Position numbers and translations under genes: made by a program. A stretch of DNA of 64,000 bases from a virus. Location: the IMG/VR virus record IMGVR_UViG_3300028584_000118, positions 6,648 to 70,647 of that record. One strand, 5' to 3'. Every line of letters begins with the position of its first letter. Position 1 is the stretch's first letter. This document shows positions 30,193-39,377 of this stretch, one piece after another. Below the pieces are notes generated by a model. It was given only the letters and a program-made list of their open reading frames with translations. It had not been told where the DNA came from and did no database searches.

Positions 30193-31803
30193 TTAAACAA
30201 TATATGACGATATTCTATCAGCAACAAGGTCATCTATATCAATCTCCCACATACCATCAGAAGATTTCTCCTTACTCATAGCCGCTTCTTCAGATGGTTT
30301 CCAAGGATTTAAAGATGACAACATAGAGATAGTATCAATAAAGTCATCATGTTTACTACGAAAACCAGAGACTGAGGCCAAACTTAATTCATTAATACCT
30401 TCTGCAATAGCAGGGTCAGTCTTCTTTTCTGAAGGAAAGAATATCTTTCTAGCCTTAAACATGGGAACCATTGTGTTAAATCTAACAAGCTTATTGGTGT
30501 TAGGTCTAATGCCCGGCTTAGAATCATTACCTTCTGAAGCCAAAGGAAAGTAGATATTCCTTTCTAGCATCTGGTCCTGAATCCAAGAGATGAAGCCACC
30601 TTGTTGACCAGTTACCTCAATACCTACCGATTGTGGTTTATATGCTTGAGCCAATCTAAACAAATCATCAATGTTCTTGTTCATTAACTGTCGCTTACAT
30701 ATACCATCAACCCAAAGCCAATCACCAGCATTGTTATAGGCCCATACACTAATCACAGAGAAGTCAGCCTTCTGCTTTTCACTCGTAGCAAAGTCAGTTG
30801 TAATGTAGAAGTTAAACTTATTCTTATTACGTAACACTGCATCAACTTTATACCAAGCAATGTCTCCATCCTGAATCATACGATCTTCTTCAGACATAAT
30901 ACGTAACATCAACTCTTGGTTAAACGTTTCAATCTTCCCCAGCTTCACAGCATTGTCATACTGATCTTTCACATACTCAAATGTAAAACGATCGGGCCAT
31001 GATCCTCTAAAGTCTTCCCGACTACACGGATATACTTCACACACAGGGAATACGTTAACACTCCATGCACCCGACTCCACTGCTTTATACAAAGGATCTT
31101 TTGCATTAAAAGGTGTGCCACTCCAAATGATCATGTTCTTTGTAGGATGTAACGCATAGTTAACTGCTTTATATACTGTATCTTCTACAGCACTAATGAC
31201 AGTTGCAGAGCGAGCATCTTCATCACTAATCAAATCATCTAGTACTGCTAACTGAGGACGCTTACCTAACTCTTTAGCTCCACGTACACCAGTCTTAGCA
31301 CCATAACCTTTAACAATAAACACATTACCATCTGCATTAGTAAACTCCCAGCGTATATCCGTAAACCTACACTCAGGAATATACTCTTTAAGGAAGTCAG
31401 AGTTATCTCTACGAAACTCTAAGTTCTTCCTCATATTCTTTACACCATTCTCAATAGAGTCTGATACATACAAAGCCAAATCAATCCTACCAAAGCCAGG
31501 TATCTCACCATAAGTAGCAATGTACAAGAACAAGTACTCACCCATCAAAGTAGTCTTAGCAACACCACGATGACATAGATTAATAATCCTCTTCCCATTA
31601 TTAGTGATCGTATCCAACATCTTATAATGTACTAAAGGAGTCTTATGTTCTTCACCTTGGTTTCCATTAACTAACTTAATGAAAGTAACAAATTCAAATG
31701 CAAAATCACTAGGAACATAATTAGGATCTACATTGTAGTCAATACTGTTAAGGTAATCTTCTACCTTCCAAGGTGCTAGGGCTTCAGCTACATGATCAGT
31801 CAT
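30193..31803 (-). CDS. terL: Terminase large subunit (N4 gp68-like)
   Basis: CHRGVAKTT Walker A; AVLDD Walker B; TTDFA and HDDFIDT nuclease motifs. Confidence 0.95.
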   Translation of the reverse strand: MTDHVAEALAPWKVEDYLNSIDYNVDPNYVPSDFAFEFVTFIKLVNGNQGEEHKTPLVHYKMLDTITNNGKRIINLCHRGVAKTTLMGEYLFLYIATYGEIPGFGRIDLALYVSDSIENGVKNMRKNLEFRRDNSDFLKEYIPECRFTDIRWEFTNADGNVFIVKGYGAKTGVRGAKELGKRPQLAVLDDLISDEDARSATVISAVEDTVYKAVNYALHPTKNMIIWSGTPFNAKDPLYKAVESGAWSVNVFPVCEVYPCSREDFRGSWPDRFTFEYVKDQYDNAVKLGKIETFNQELMLRIMSEEDRMIQDGDIAWYKVDAVLRNKNKFNFYITTDFATSEKQKADFSVISVWAYNNAGDWLWVDGICKRQLMNKNIDDLFRLAQAYKPQSVGIEVTGQQGGFISWIQDQMLERNIYFPLASEGNDSKPGIRPNTNKLVRFNTMVPMFKARKIFFPSEKKTDPAIAEGINELSLASVSGFRSKHDDFIDTISMLSSLNPWKPSEEAAMSKEKSSDGMWEIDIDDLVADRISSYIV

Positions 31804-31829
31804 TTAGTTCTTTCTATTTATTATTAAAC

Positions 31830-32663
31830 TTAAGCACGTTGTCTTCCCCAAGCTTTAAACGCACTAAAGTTAGGTACAGTACTAACACTGTTTAACTGTG
31901 GCATATTAAACTTAGGAATATTCTGCTCAATGATAGGAATACCGTAATTCAAATCTTGTGCAGTAACTTCTTCTTTAGGAAGTGAAGCTTGGAACCTAGC
32001 CCATGCTTCTTCTTCCGTCATCGGTACAGGAGCTTCATTCTTAGCAGCTAATTGTTGATAGTAATCTGCAGGCAACTGTTGTGCAGCAATCTCAGTTGGA
32101 ATGACAGTTGAGGCTTGAGTACCATTACCATTCACCGATAAGAATTCCATAGGAGCTGCCGGCACACTTACATTAGCTACTGGCTTACTTTCATTCATAG
32201 CTACCGTAGGCATTCCTCCTGCACCTTGCTTTGCTCCTACCCTAGCTGCAACCTGCTGACCATACTTAGCACCCTCACCATAACCAGACAAACCACCAAC
32301 CAAACTACCAGCTTGTTTACTTCTAGCAGCTAAGTAATCTCCAGCAAATCTAACTTGCTCCTCAATACTCTTATCCTTTAAAGGTTCCACCCCATAACCA
32401 GGCTTAGCCCCAGTCGACTCAAGAATACCAAACGGCCCAAAAGCAGTACTTACCTTACCAGTGTGTCCAGCAATCCTTTTACCATCATCATTCTTCTCAT
32501 AGTGATATGCCGAAGGATCATTAATAAACTTACCTGCTTGACCACCCACCTCCTGTTGCATAACAGAAAGCATAGTCCCAACCGGAAATCCTTTCTGCTT
32601 ATCCACATTAGAAAGCAACGTAATCAAGTTATCAGGTAAAGCAAATGCCTTTGTTTTACTCAT
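31830..32663 (-). CDS. Lytic transglycosylase (SLT)-like protein with low-complexity tail
   Basis: Catalytic-like QQE, STAFGPFG, AGDYL and GLSGYGEG resemble the SLT motifs E / AxGxxQ / AxxYL / AYNxG. Confidence 0.6.
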   Translation of the reverse strand: MSKTKAFALPDNLITLLSNVDKQKGFPVGTMLSVMQQEVGGQAGKFINDPSAYHYEKNDDGKRIAGHTGKVSTAFGPFGILESTGAKPGYGVEPLKDKSIEEQVRFAGDYLAARSKQAGSLVGGLSGYGEGAKYGQQVAARVGAKQGAGGMPTVAMNESKPVANVSVPAAPMEFLSVNGNGTQASTVIPTEIAAQQLPADYYQQLAAKNEAPVPMTEEEAWARFQASLPKEEVTAQDLNYGIPIIEQNIPKFNMPQLNSVSTVPNFSAFKAWGRQRA

Positions 32664-32698
32664 AATCTTTCTCCTTCAAGCCAGAATAAATAAAAGCA

Positions 32699-32905
32699 TT
32701 ATACCGAAGTTACTTCTTTATCTAATACAAATACTTTCCCACCCAAAGGAGTCACAGCATAGGAAGCCTTCCTTATCTCTTCCTGACTAGCTTCAGACAA
32801 GAAATGAATACTTACAGGTCTTTGGTTTCTTAATCTTGTACTATGAAGGGATCTATCCCTCTCTTCTCTTGACCCATCGGAATAATACATAATGACCTTA
32901 TCCAT
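32699..32905 (-). CDS. Hypothetical protein
   Basis: 68-aa ORF overlapping the upstream gene end. Confidence 0.5.
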   Translation of the reverse strand: MDKVIMYYSDGSREERDRSLHSTRLRNQRPVSIHFLSEASQEEIRKASYAVTPLGGKVFVLDKEVTSV

Positions 32906-33632
32906 TACTTACCTCAGTAAACTCAACATCACTAATGATCTTACTATGTGCAATCTCCTGTGCATTCATAGCTCCACTCTCAACCATCAACCTCTGCTGT
33001 CGGGCCAACTCCATAGTAGTCTCTCTCAATCTCGAGATAGAACTATCTTCCTTAATACCAATATCCAACTCAACCTTCTTAACCTCTGGCATCTTCAACT
33101 GAGTCAACAATGAGTTAGCTGCATCACACCTTACCTTCTCACTCTTAGCATTCACCATCAAGTCTGCCTGTACATTCAAAGCCTTCTGATACAAATCCTG
33201 ATTCAACACATAACTAGGAATCAACGTCTGTTCAAAGATTAAATTAACCAACTTACTTTTATTGTACGCAGTCACATAACTAGCAATATCCTTACTAGCT
33301 ACCCCTTGATTCAAAAAGTTCTGATACTTAACCGGAAACGTCTTCACATAAGCATCAATGTTGCTACACCCCATCAACTTATGACTCACATACTTAACTG
33401 CTTCAACATAATTACTAATCTTGAACCTACCATCAGCCATTACCCTGGTATAGCTCAATAGGTTATCCCTATAAGTCTCATACATCTCAGGGTCACCTAA
33501 CGTAGCATTCACTGCATCAATCAACTCTTGATTAACACTCTTCTTCACCTTATCCGGTAATGCTATCTTAAACTGTTCCACAGTAAGTAACTCAGTAGTT
33601 CCTACCATCATTGGTGTAGTACTCATTTCCAT
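32898..33632 (-). CDS. N4 gp69-like protein (putative small terminase)
   Basis: F..ALP..V.K.V; Y..AVKYVSHKLMG; LYQKALN.QA.LM..A.SEKVR.DAANSLL; last late gene. Confidence 0.8.
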   Translation of the reverse strand: MEMSTTPMMVGTTELLTVEQFKIALPDKVKKSVNQELIDAVNATLGDPEMYETYRDNLLSYTRVMADGRFKISNYVEAVKYVSHKLMGCSNIDAYVKTFPVKYQNFLNQGVASKDIASYVTAYNKSKLVNLIFEQTLIPSYVLNQDLYQKALNVQADLMVNAKSEKVRCDAANSLLTQLKMPEVKKVELDIGIKEDSSISRLRETTMELARQQRLMVESGAMNAQEIAHSKIISDVEFTEVSNG

Positions 33633-33960
33633 CTCCTATAAGAGTATCTTAATTAATCTATCGGGAGTATATGGTAAACCAAACCAATAAAACAAGGAGA
33701 ATAATAGAGGTTAGTATATTGATAATGAAAGGTATAGGAGAAATTATTATTAAAATTATAACGAAGGTTATAGGAATTTTTATAATATGGGTATAAGTGT
33801 AGTAACTTAGTTTATTATTTTAAAATTAACATTTGCATTTTGATAAAAAATATAAAATGGGTATGAATGAAGTAACTTACTTACTCAAATCAAATTGGTA
33901 AGTAACCCCCCCCCATTATTTATTTCTGTACGTATGTACCCCACCTACCCCATACCTCTT
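33633..33960. other. Probable genome termini / terminal-repeat junction
   Basis: Divergent gap between last late gene and first early gene; imperfect direct repeat ATGGGTAT.A.TG.AGTAACTTA at ~33787 and ~33857; C-run at ~33906-33914. Confidence 0.6.
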
Positions 33961-33963
33961 CTT

Positions 33964-33983
33964 GTCCTATCGGACGTGTATGG
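33964..33983 (+). promoter_or_regulatory. Candidate vRNAP hairpin promoter P1 (TATC loop)
   Basis: GTCC-TATC-GGAC-GTGTAT-GG; same architecture as 34808; precedes first early gene. Confidence 0.6.
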
Positions 33984-34019
33984 CAATTGTGCCTTTAATC
34001 CTTAGCTAGGAGTTATACC

Positions 34020-34316
34020 ATGTTACAAGCAATCAACCAGTTCTTTATGTTCTTCACTACTATGTTCTCTGCTGCTACTTATGCAGCGAAAGGTGTTGAA
34101 TCAACCTGCAAAGGTCTCGCCATTGGTGGTGAGATAATTGAAACGATGGCTACAGATCATCGTGACATCCTTCGTACTGAGTCAGCAGAACGATTAACTA
34201 TAGCAGCTCAACGTGCTAAGTTAACCACTCTCAAGCTTCAGAAGTCTCTGGATGAAGAGTCTCGTACTCTTAATCTCTCTACTCCTGTAGTAAGAGCTTC
34301 CAAGTCTCAATCATAG
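34020..34316 (+). CDS. First early protein, hypothetical
   Basis: AGGAG RBS; flanked by hairpin promoter candidate and terminator. Confidence 0.7.
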   Translation: MLQAINQFFMFFTTMFSAATYAAKGVESTCKGLAIGGEIIETMATDHRDILRTESAERLTIAAQRAKLTTLKLQKSLDEESRTLNLSTPVVRASKSQS

Positions 34317-34322
34317 TCTTAA

Positions 34323-34358
34323 GTATAGTAATCCTTCGGGGTTACTATACCTTTTTTT
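34323..34358 (+). terminator. Rho-independent terminator
   Basis: GTATAGTAATCC-TTCG-GGGTTACTATAC followed by CT7. Confidence 0.9.
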
Positions 34359-34718
34359 ACACATAAAACCTTTACACATTACACATTATAGACAGATAGA
34401 TATATAAGATTAACCTATATAGGTAAAAACTATTAGAGTTAGGTAATAGATAGTAATAATCAACTTGACTAACATACTTCTACTTACTATTATCTCTAAA
34501 CGATACTTTCCCGATATACCTATTTAGTATATATATACTAACATTCCTTATATATCCTCTCTATATTAATAACTCTATTACAACAAATAGATAAAACTCT
34601 CTTTATCTATCTATCTTCTGTAGTAGTTACTATATAGTGCTCTCTCCTTTATATACTTCTATACACATAGTTCTATACACATATAAATACTATTGGAAGT
34701 ATATAAGGAGATATTAAA

Positions 34719-34835
34719 ATGCATATATTTATATATATACCTATATTCTCTTCTTCCTTGTTCTTCTCTCTCTTTATACTCTTAATTCCTTTCTCCTTTA
34801 TCAACGGGCACTATCGTGCATGTAAGGATAATTAA
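34719..34835 (+). CDS. 38-aa hydrophobic peptide (not in ORF track)
   Basis: AAGGAG 8 nt upstream; MHIFIYIPIFSSSLFFSLFILLIPFSFINGHYRACKDN. Confidence 0.45.
   Translation: MHIFIYIPIFSSSLFFSLFILLIPFSFINGHYRACKDN
34808..34827 (+). promoter_or_regulatory. Candidate vRNAP hairpin promoter P2 (TATC loop)
   Basis: GCAC-TATC-GTGC-ATGTAA-GG; stem covaries relative to 33964. Confidence 0.6.
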
Positions 34836-34926
34836 AGAACTTCTTTGTTCTAATTATCTTCTGGGTATATCCAAGGCAATCCTGCCAATACCCTTTTCAT
34901 TTATTTATCTTTTAAGGAAACATATC

Positions 34927-35217
34927 ATGGGCTTCAATCAAAATACAAAAAATGGTCAATCTCAATCTAACAATGATCGTGATGCATCTAAAGCAGTTGG
35001 TTTCATCAACATCTGGTTGCCAACTAAAGATGGCGGTAAACGTAAGGTTGGTGCTATTCCTCTTCGTGGTAACAAAGACAATGAAGTTTCATTGGCTGAA
35101 TATCTCGGTACTGGTACTGAAGAAGAGCAAGCAGCTAAGCTGGCAAACTTCGTAGGTAAGATTAAGATTGATTTCCAATCTAGCACTCCTACTGAAGGTT
35201 CTGCATTCGATTTGTAA
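34927..35217 (+). CDS. Putative ssDNA-binding RNAPII cofactor (N4 gp2 / Drc-like)
   Basis: Early position, ~96 aa; KAVGFINIWLPTKDGGKRKVGAIPL and acidic/hydrophobic end AFDL recall Drc-like proteins; start after AAGGA RBS. Confidence 0.6.
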   Translation: MGFNQNTKNGQSQSNNDRDASKAVGFINIWLPTKDGGKRKVGAIPLRGNKDNEVSLAEYLGTGTEEEQAAKLANFVGKIKIDFQSSTPTEGSAFDL

Positions 35218-35229
35218 TTGTATTAATGT

Positions 35230-35269
35230 ATATCCAGTGTTCTCTTATGAGGACATTGGATATTTTTTT
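35230..35269 (+). terminator. Rho-independent terminator
   Basis: 15-bp stem (with G-U pairs), TTAT loop, T-run. Confidence 0.85.
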
Positions 35270-35290
35270 ATTGAAGCCAAGGAGATAAAT

Positions 35291-35470
35291 ATGCAAAATG
35301 AACTCGTAGCAGTAACACCTATGTTCTCTGATTCTGTAAACGATCAGTTAACTCATGCGTGGGTTAATTGTATGTCTGCGGAAGAAGCAGCAGATGTATT
35401 GAGTATGACATTAGAGCATGTTACTAATGTCTATAATCAATTAGATGAAGATATGGGAGCCTTGGCATGA
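35291..35470 (+). CDS. Early hypothetical protein
   Basis: AAGGAG RBS; 59 aa. Confidence 0.65.
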   Translation: MQNELVAVTPMFSDSVNDQLTHAWVNCMSAEEAADVLSMTLEHVTNVYNQLDEDMGALA

Positions 35471-35757
35471 GAGTAGTAAATAAATATAAACATACAGTAA
35501 CTCAAGAGACTATTTACACTACTGTCTACATCGGACGTGGTAGCAAATGGGGTAATCCATTTGTTATTGGTAAAGATGGTAATCGTGATGATGTATGTAA
35601 TAAACACGCAGTTTGGTTCAAAGATCAAATTGCTAAAGGTGTCATTACTAAAGCAGATTTACTGTCTCTTGTAGGCAAAGATTTGATGTGCTTCTGTGCA
35701 CCATTACGCTGTCATGGTGACACTATCATTGAACAGGTTCTATCTATTAAAGATTAA
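35467..35757 (+). CDS. DUF4326-family protein
   Basis: VYIGRGSKWGNPF...L.GKDL.CFCAP..CHGD signature. Confidence 0.85.
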   Translation: MRVVNKYKHTVTQETIYTTVYIGRGSKWGNPFVIGKDGNRDDVCNKHAVWFKDQIAKGVITKADLLSLVGKDLMCFCAPLRCHGDTIIEQVLSIKD

Positions 35758-35767
35758 GGAGTATCAA

Positions 35768-35959
35768 ATGAATCAGAATAATCAACCCAATGTTGAATTA
35801 CCTACTCCTCCAACAGAGGAAGAATATGAACTTCAACGAGTACGTTTAGCTTTTAGATATGCTCCAACCATATATGCGTGTGCACATTGTCATTGGCCTG
35901 TAGCTAATGGATATTGCTGTGCTCACTGTGGTAGTAGTAATCCACAATCAGGAGATTAA
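35768..35959 (+). CDS. Small Zn-ribbon protein
   Basis: CAHC and CAHC pairs; AAGGAG RBS. Confidence 0.65.
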   Translation: MNQNNQPNVELPTPPTEEEYELQRVRLAFRYAPTIYACAHCHWPVANGYCCAHCGSSNPQSGD

Positions 35960-35960
35960 T

Positions 35961-36173
35961 ATGAATCAAAACCCAAATACGTTGAAGGTTGAGTATCTGC
36001 TTGAAGATCAAACCAAGATGTGTATTCAATTTTCAGCAACACATGCTACGTGGATAGCTCATGATAAATCTTCTGCCATCATTGGTGCTTCTACCTTACT
36101 TGGTAAGGGTTTCAATGCAATACATTTTAACGATCACACAACTAACACTTGGCAAATACAAGCCATCTTCTAA
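35961..36173 (+). CDS. Early hypothetical protein
   Basis: AGGAG RBS. Confidence 0.6.
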   Translation: MNQNPNTLKVEYLLEDQTKMCIQFSATHATWIAHDKSSAIIGASTLLGKGFNAIHFNDHTTNTWQIQAIF

Positions 36174-36184
36174 GGAGTAATAAA

Positions 36185-36445
36185 ATGAGTTTAGTTTATA
36201 TATTATTGACCTGTGGACTAGCACAGATAGGATTCTTGTTCTTCTTCAGCTTTGTGAGAAAACAAATGATGTTCAATAGATTTGAACAGATGGGAGTTCC
36301 TAAACGTCCATTAGATCCGATTGAACGTGTGATGCTAATGACTAAAGTAGCTCCTTACTTAATGTCATTGCACAGAGTTCTCTTTATAACCAATATTGTA
36401 TGCAATGTAATCGTAGCTGTAATAGCTATGGCCATATTCTTATAG
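36185..36445 (+). CDS. Early membrane protein
   Basis: Two hydrophobic segments; AAGGAG RBS. Confidence 0.65.
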   Translation: MSLVYILLTCGLAQIGFLFFFSFVRKQMMFNRFEQMGVPKRPLDPIERVMLMTKVAPYLMSLHRVLFITNIVCNVIVAVIAMAIFL

Positions 36446-36453
36446 GAGTAATT

Positions 36454-36672
36454 ATGTTTAACAATCTATTTATATTGCAGTTCCTATTTATCGTGTTTAT
36501 ACCTTTGGGTATATTCATGGGTTTCTATTTCTTTGTTGAACGATATGCTGAAAAGAAAGCATTTGAATACAGATTCAAGAAGAATAAGTTAGCTGTGCAT
36601 GTAAGTTTAATTATGCTAGTTGGTGTAATCCTTTCTTCTTCTTTCTCGTTTGTGTTCTTCAATATCATGTGA
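36454..36672 (+). CDS. Early membrane protein
   Basis: Two hydrophobic segments; AGGAG RBS. Confidence 0.65.
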   Translation: MFNNLFILQFLFIVFIPLGIFMGFYFFVERYAEKKAFEYRFKKNKLAVHVSLIMLVGVILSSSFSFVFFNIM

Positions 36673-36688
36673 GTTCAGTATAAGCAAT

Positions 36689-36703
36689 GGGTACTCCGTA
36701 CCC
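36689..36703 (+). promoter_or_regulatory. N4-type triloop hairpin, candidate promoter
   Basis: GGGTAC-TCC-GTACCC; template strand reads C-GGA-G, the N4 P1/P2 loop. Confidence 0.55.
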
Positions 36704-36752
36704 TTGTTTATGAGCTCTATAACTCAATCAATATCAATATATAGGAGTATTT

Positions 36753-37010
36753 ATGCCAGTATCTCTACAGAAGTTTGATGGTTATCGTAGTGCTTTATTG
36801 AAGCATCTTGAAACCAAATATCAAACGGAAGAAGATAAATTTGAGGATGTTCAAGTATTACGTGACGCTAGTTATGGTCATCGTTTGTTACGTGATGCAT
36901 TCTTATCTATGCGGTCGGTAACGTTCGGTACTATCAGCTTGGCTGAATGTATGACAGAGTTAGCGCTTATCCGAGATAAGATAGAAGAAAAACTTGAACA
37001 ATTCGAATAA
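36753..37010 (+). CDS. Hypothetical protein
   Basis: AGGAG RBS. Confidence 0.65.
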   Translation: MPVSLQKFDGYRSALLKHLETKYQTEEDKFEDVQVLRDASYGHRLLRDAFLSMRSVTFGTISLAECMTELALIRDKIEEKLEQFE

Positions 37011-37032
37011 TTAATTTAACCAATCAAGTCAT

Positions 37033-37061
37033 AATAGCTCCTTATGGGAGCTATTTGTTTT
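37033..37061 (+). terminator. Probable terminator
   Basis: AATAGCTCC-TTATG-GGAGCTATT followed by TGTTTT. Confidence 0.7.
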
Positions 37062-37078
37062 CATAAAGGACAGTTGAC

Positions 37079-37990
37079 ATGGATAACATGCTGCAAGTTG
37101 TGCGTCAAGAATCAGTAGAGATGAAATATAACCGTAAACATATAGATGATTATATACGTTCCTTTATTAAATCAAACGATCATTTAATTAATAAAACAGA
37201 ACAAGGTATTAAGCTCATTGAAAAGTATATGAGTAAGGCTTATTACACTACAAAGAATGCACGTATTAAACAGTTAGAAGGTATGGATTTACATGCTCTT
37301 GTAATTGATATCTATGTAGGTATTGCTTACTGTGTTACTCCTGAATTATTTACATCTATATCAGCTCAGATGGCTGGTAGATTAAAGTTCAGTGATAAAC
37401 CAGATGCAATCAAAACTATTGCAGAGCTATTAGCTGTGCTTTGTAATACAGATGTATTTGATATATTCAAACGTACTAAGTTCTCTTCATTAGAGATTAA
37501 ATCTAATATTGAGTTACCAGATGAGATGATGGAATTCATTATCAATACTCAATTCCTACCACCAATGTTATGTGAACCTTTAGAGGTTACCAATAACTCT
37601 ACTAGTGGTTACCTTACTCATAATGACTCTGTCATTTTAGGTAAGGGTAATCATCATACCGGTGAATTATGTTTGGATGTAATAAACAAAATGAACAAGG
37701 TATGTTTAAAGCTTGATACAGCCTTTCTAAGCCATGTTGAGGAAAACCCTACTTCTGTATTGGACACACAAGAAAAACGTGACCAATGGCTTGTATTCAA
37801 GAAGCAGAGCTATTCCTTTTATTTACTGATTGCAAAACAATCCAATGAATTCTACTTGACTCATAAAGTTGATAAACGAGGAAGAATATATTCCCAAGGT
37901 TATCACCTTAATACGCAAGGTACTCCGTTTAAGAAGGCTATGGTTGAGCTGGCTAATGAAGAACTAATTGAAGGGGTTTATACGATATGA
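37079..37990 (+). CDS. RNA polymerase II subunit 1 (N4 gp15-like)
   Basis: PMLCEP; SVILGKGNHH; HKVDKRGRIY (DxRGR); GYH.N.QG..FKKA. Confidence 0.92.
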   Translation: MDNMLQVVRQESVEMKYNRKHIDDYIRSFIKSNDHLINKTEQGIKLIEKYMSKAYYTTKNARIKQLEGMDLHALVIDIYVGIAYCVTPELFTSISAQMAGRLKFSDKPDAIKTIAELLAVLCNTDVFDIFKRTKFSSLEIKSNIELPDEMMEFIINTQFLPPMLCEPLEVTNNSTSGYLTHNDSVILGKGNHHTGELCLDVINKMNKVCLKLDTAFLSHVEENPTSVLDTQEKRDQWLVFKKQSYSFYLLIAKQSNEFYLTHKVDKRGRIYSQGYHLNTQGTPFKKAMVELANEELIEGVYTI

Positions 37991-38376
37991 ATAATGATAA
38001 GGATAAAGACGGTGTTAGTTTGTCGGTTGATGCTTTAGGCTATATACAAGGCTTAGGCATTTATGGTGTTGATACAGGAAGGATTCTTAATAGCACTACT
38101 ATAGGCTATCGGGATCTTTCAGATAATAAACCTAAGTACTTCTTTGTGGATGATGAGGTTATTAAGGTTAATGAAATGCCTGATCAACATCATAGATTAA
38201 GAAGCCAAGGACAGTATGTATATGACTGTGCTACCTCTTGTTTTTTAGTGGGTGTGCGTCGTGAATATGAAAGCTTATTTGGTAGTAAAGAAAATAGAAT
38301 TATATTCATAATTGCTCGTGAAGATAGAGTACCTAAAGAATTTAAAACACAGTTACTTTTGTTAGGATTTATATGA
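37987..38376 (+). CDS. Array paralogue 1/17
   Basis: Tail RVPKEFKTQLLLLGFI; ATGA overlap with RNAP1. Confidence 0.8.
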   Translation: MNNDKDKDGVSLSVDALGYIQGLGIYGVDTGRILNSTTIGYRDLSDNKPKYFFVDDEVIKVNEMPDQHHRLRSQGQYVYDCATSCFLVGVRREYESLFGSKENRIIFIIAREDRVPKEFKTQLLLLGFI

Positions 38377-38612
38377 CCACAAATATTTATCTTTATATTG
38401 ATGGAGAGATTAGTGCTCATGAACATTATCCATTAACTATGAAGTATAGAGAAACAGGTATTCTTGCTTATCATAAACCAGCAAATAGATTTGAAGTATC
38501 TAACCGCGATAATATATTTACGCCTATAGCATCTAGAGCTTATCACGTTAAATATTCTGAGAATGCTCTAGCTGATTTCAAAACTAAATTGTTATTGATG
38601 GGAGTGATGTAA
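38373..38612 (+). CDS. Array paralogue 2/17
   Basis: Tail ALADFKTKLLLMGVM. Confidence 0.8.
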   Translation: MTTNIYLYIDGEISAHEHYPLTMKYRETGILAYHKPANRFEVSNRDNIFTPIASRAYHVKYSENALADFKTKLLLMGVM

Positions 38613-38863
38613 TGAGCACTATATTATTCTTTTGGTACAAGGGTGAATTGATAGAAAGAACTTCATTCCCTGATAATGATTCTGATATGAGAAAGGATAC
38701 TTCTTGCATTGGATATTCTGTATTAAGGAGACATTTTATTTCTCCCAAGAATACTGCGGGATATGCCTTTAATACTTTTTTTTTTCATATAGATGATGCA
38801 GATATAGATAGAGTAGTTCCTACTGAGTTCAGAACAAGACTTTTATTAATGGGGATTATATGA
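38612..38863 (+). CDS. Array paralogue 3/17
   Basis: Tail VVPTEFRTRLLLMGII. Confidence 0.8.
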   Translation: MSTILFFWYKGELIERTSFPDNDSDMRKDTSCIGYSVLRRHFISPKNTAGYAFNTFFFHIDDADIDRVVPTEFRTRLLLMGII

Positions 38864-39120
38864 AAGAAGATGAAGGATTATTCTTTTGGTTTAAAAATGA
38901 ATTAATTGTAGCTGATGATTATCTTGTTCATGGGTCAAAAATGAGAGTAGATCTTAACTGTTTTTGCTTTAATAAATATAGGAATAGCTTTGCTAGTCCA
39001 CTTCCTGATAAAGGTTTTGAATTCAATATTTTCAAAAGTATTTATGAAGATGATCCTAATGAAACCAGAAAAGTTCCTAATGAATTTAAAACTCAATTAC
39101 TACTATTAGGAGCCCTATGA
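38860..39120 (+). CDS. Array paralogue 4/17
   Basis: Tail KVPNEFKTQLLLLGAL; resembles paralogue 3 along its length. Confidence 0.8.
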   Translation: MKEDEGLFFWFKNELIVADDYLVHGSKMRVDLNCFCFNKYRNSFASPLPDKGFEFNIFKSIYEDDPNETRKVPNEFKTQLLLLGAL

Positions 39121-39377
39121 CATCTTATTTTTCAAATAGAAAAGAGCACCTACTTTACGTATGGTTTCAAGGCAAGGTCTTTAGCTATCCTTATGATGGT
39201 TTAGCTATGCATATGTATGAATGGTACATACCAGGTACATACATTATGGATGGTCAATATAGATTCTTTGGTTTAATTAAGGAACGTGATGACAAAGAAT
39301 TTGATACTGTGTTTGCACCTGATGCAGATGTTCCATCTGAATTTAAAACAGCATTATTACTCTTAGGAGTGTTATGA
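39117..39377 (+). CDS. Array paralogue 5/17
   Basis: Tail DVPSEFKTALLLLGVL. Confidence 0.8.
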   Translation: MTSYFSNRKEHLLYVWFQGKVFSYPYDGLAMHMYEWYIPGTYIMDGQYRFFGLIKERDDKEFDTVFAPDADVPSEFKTALLLLGVL

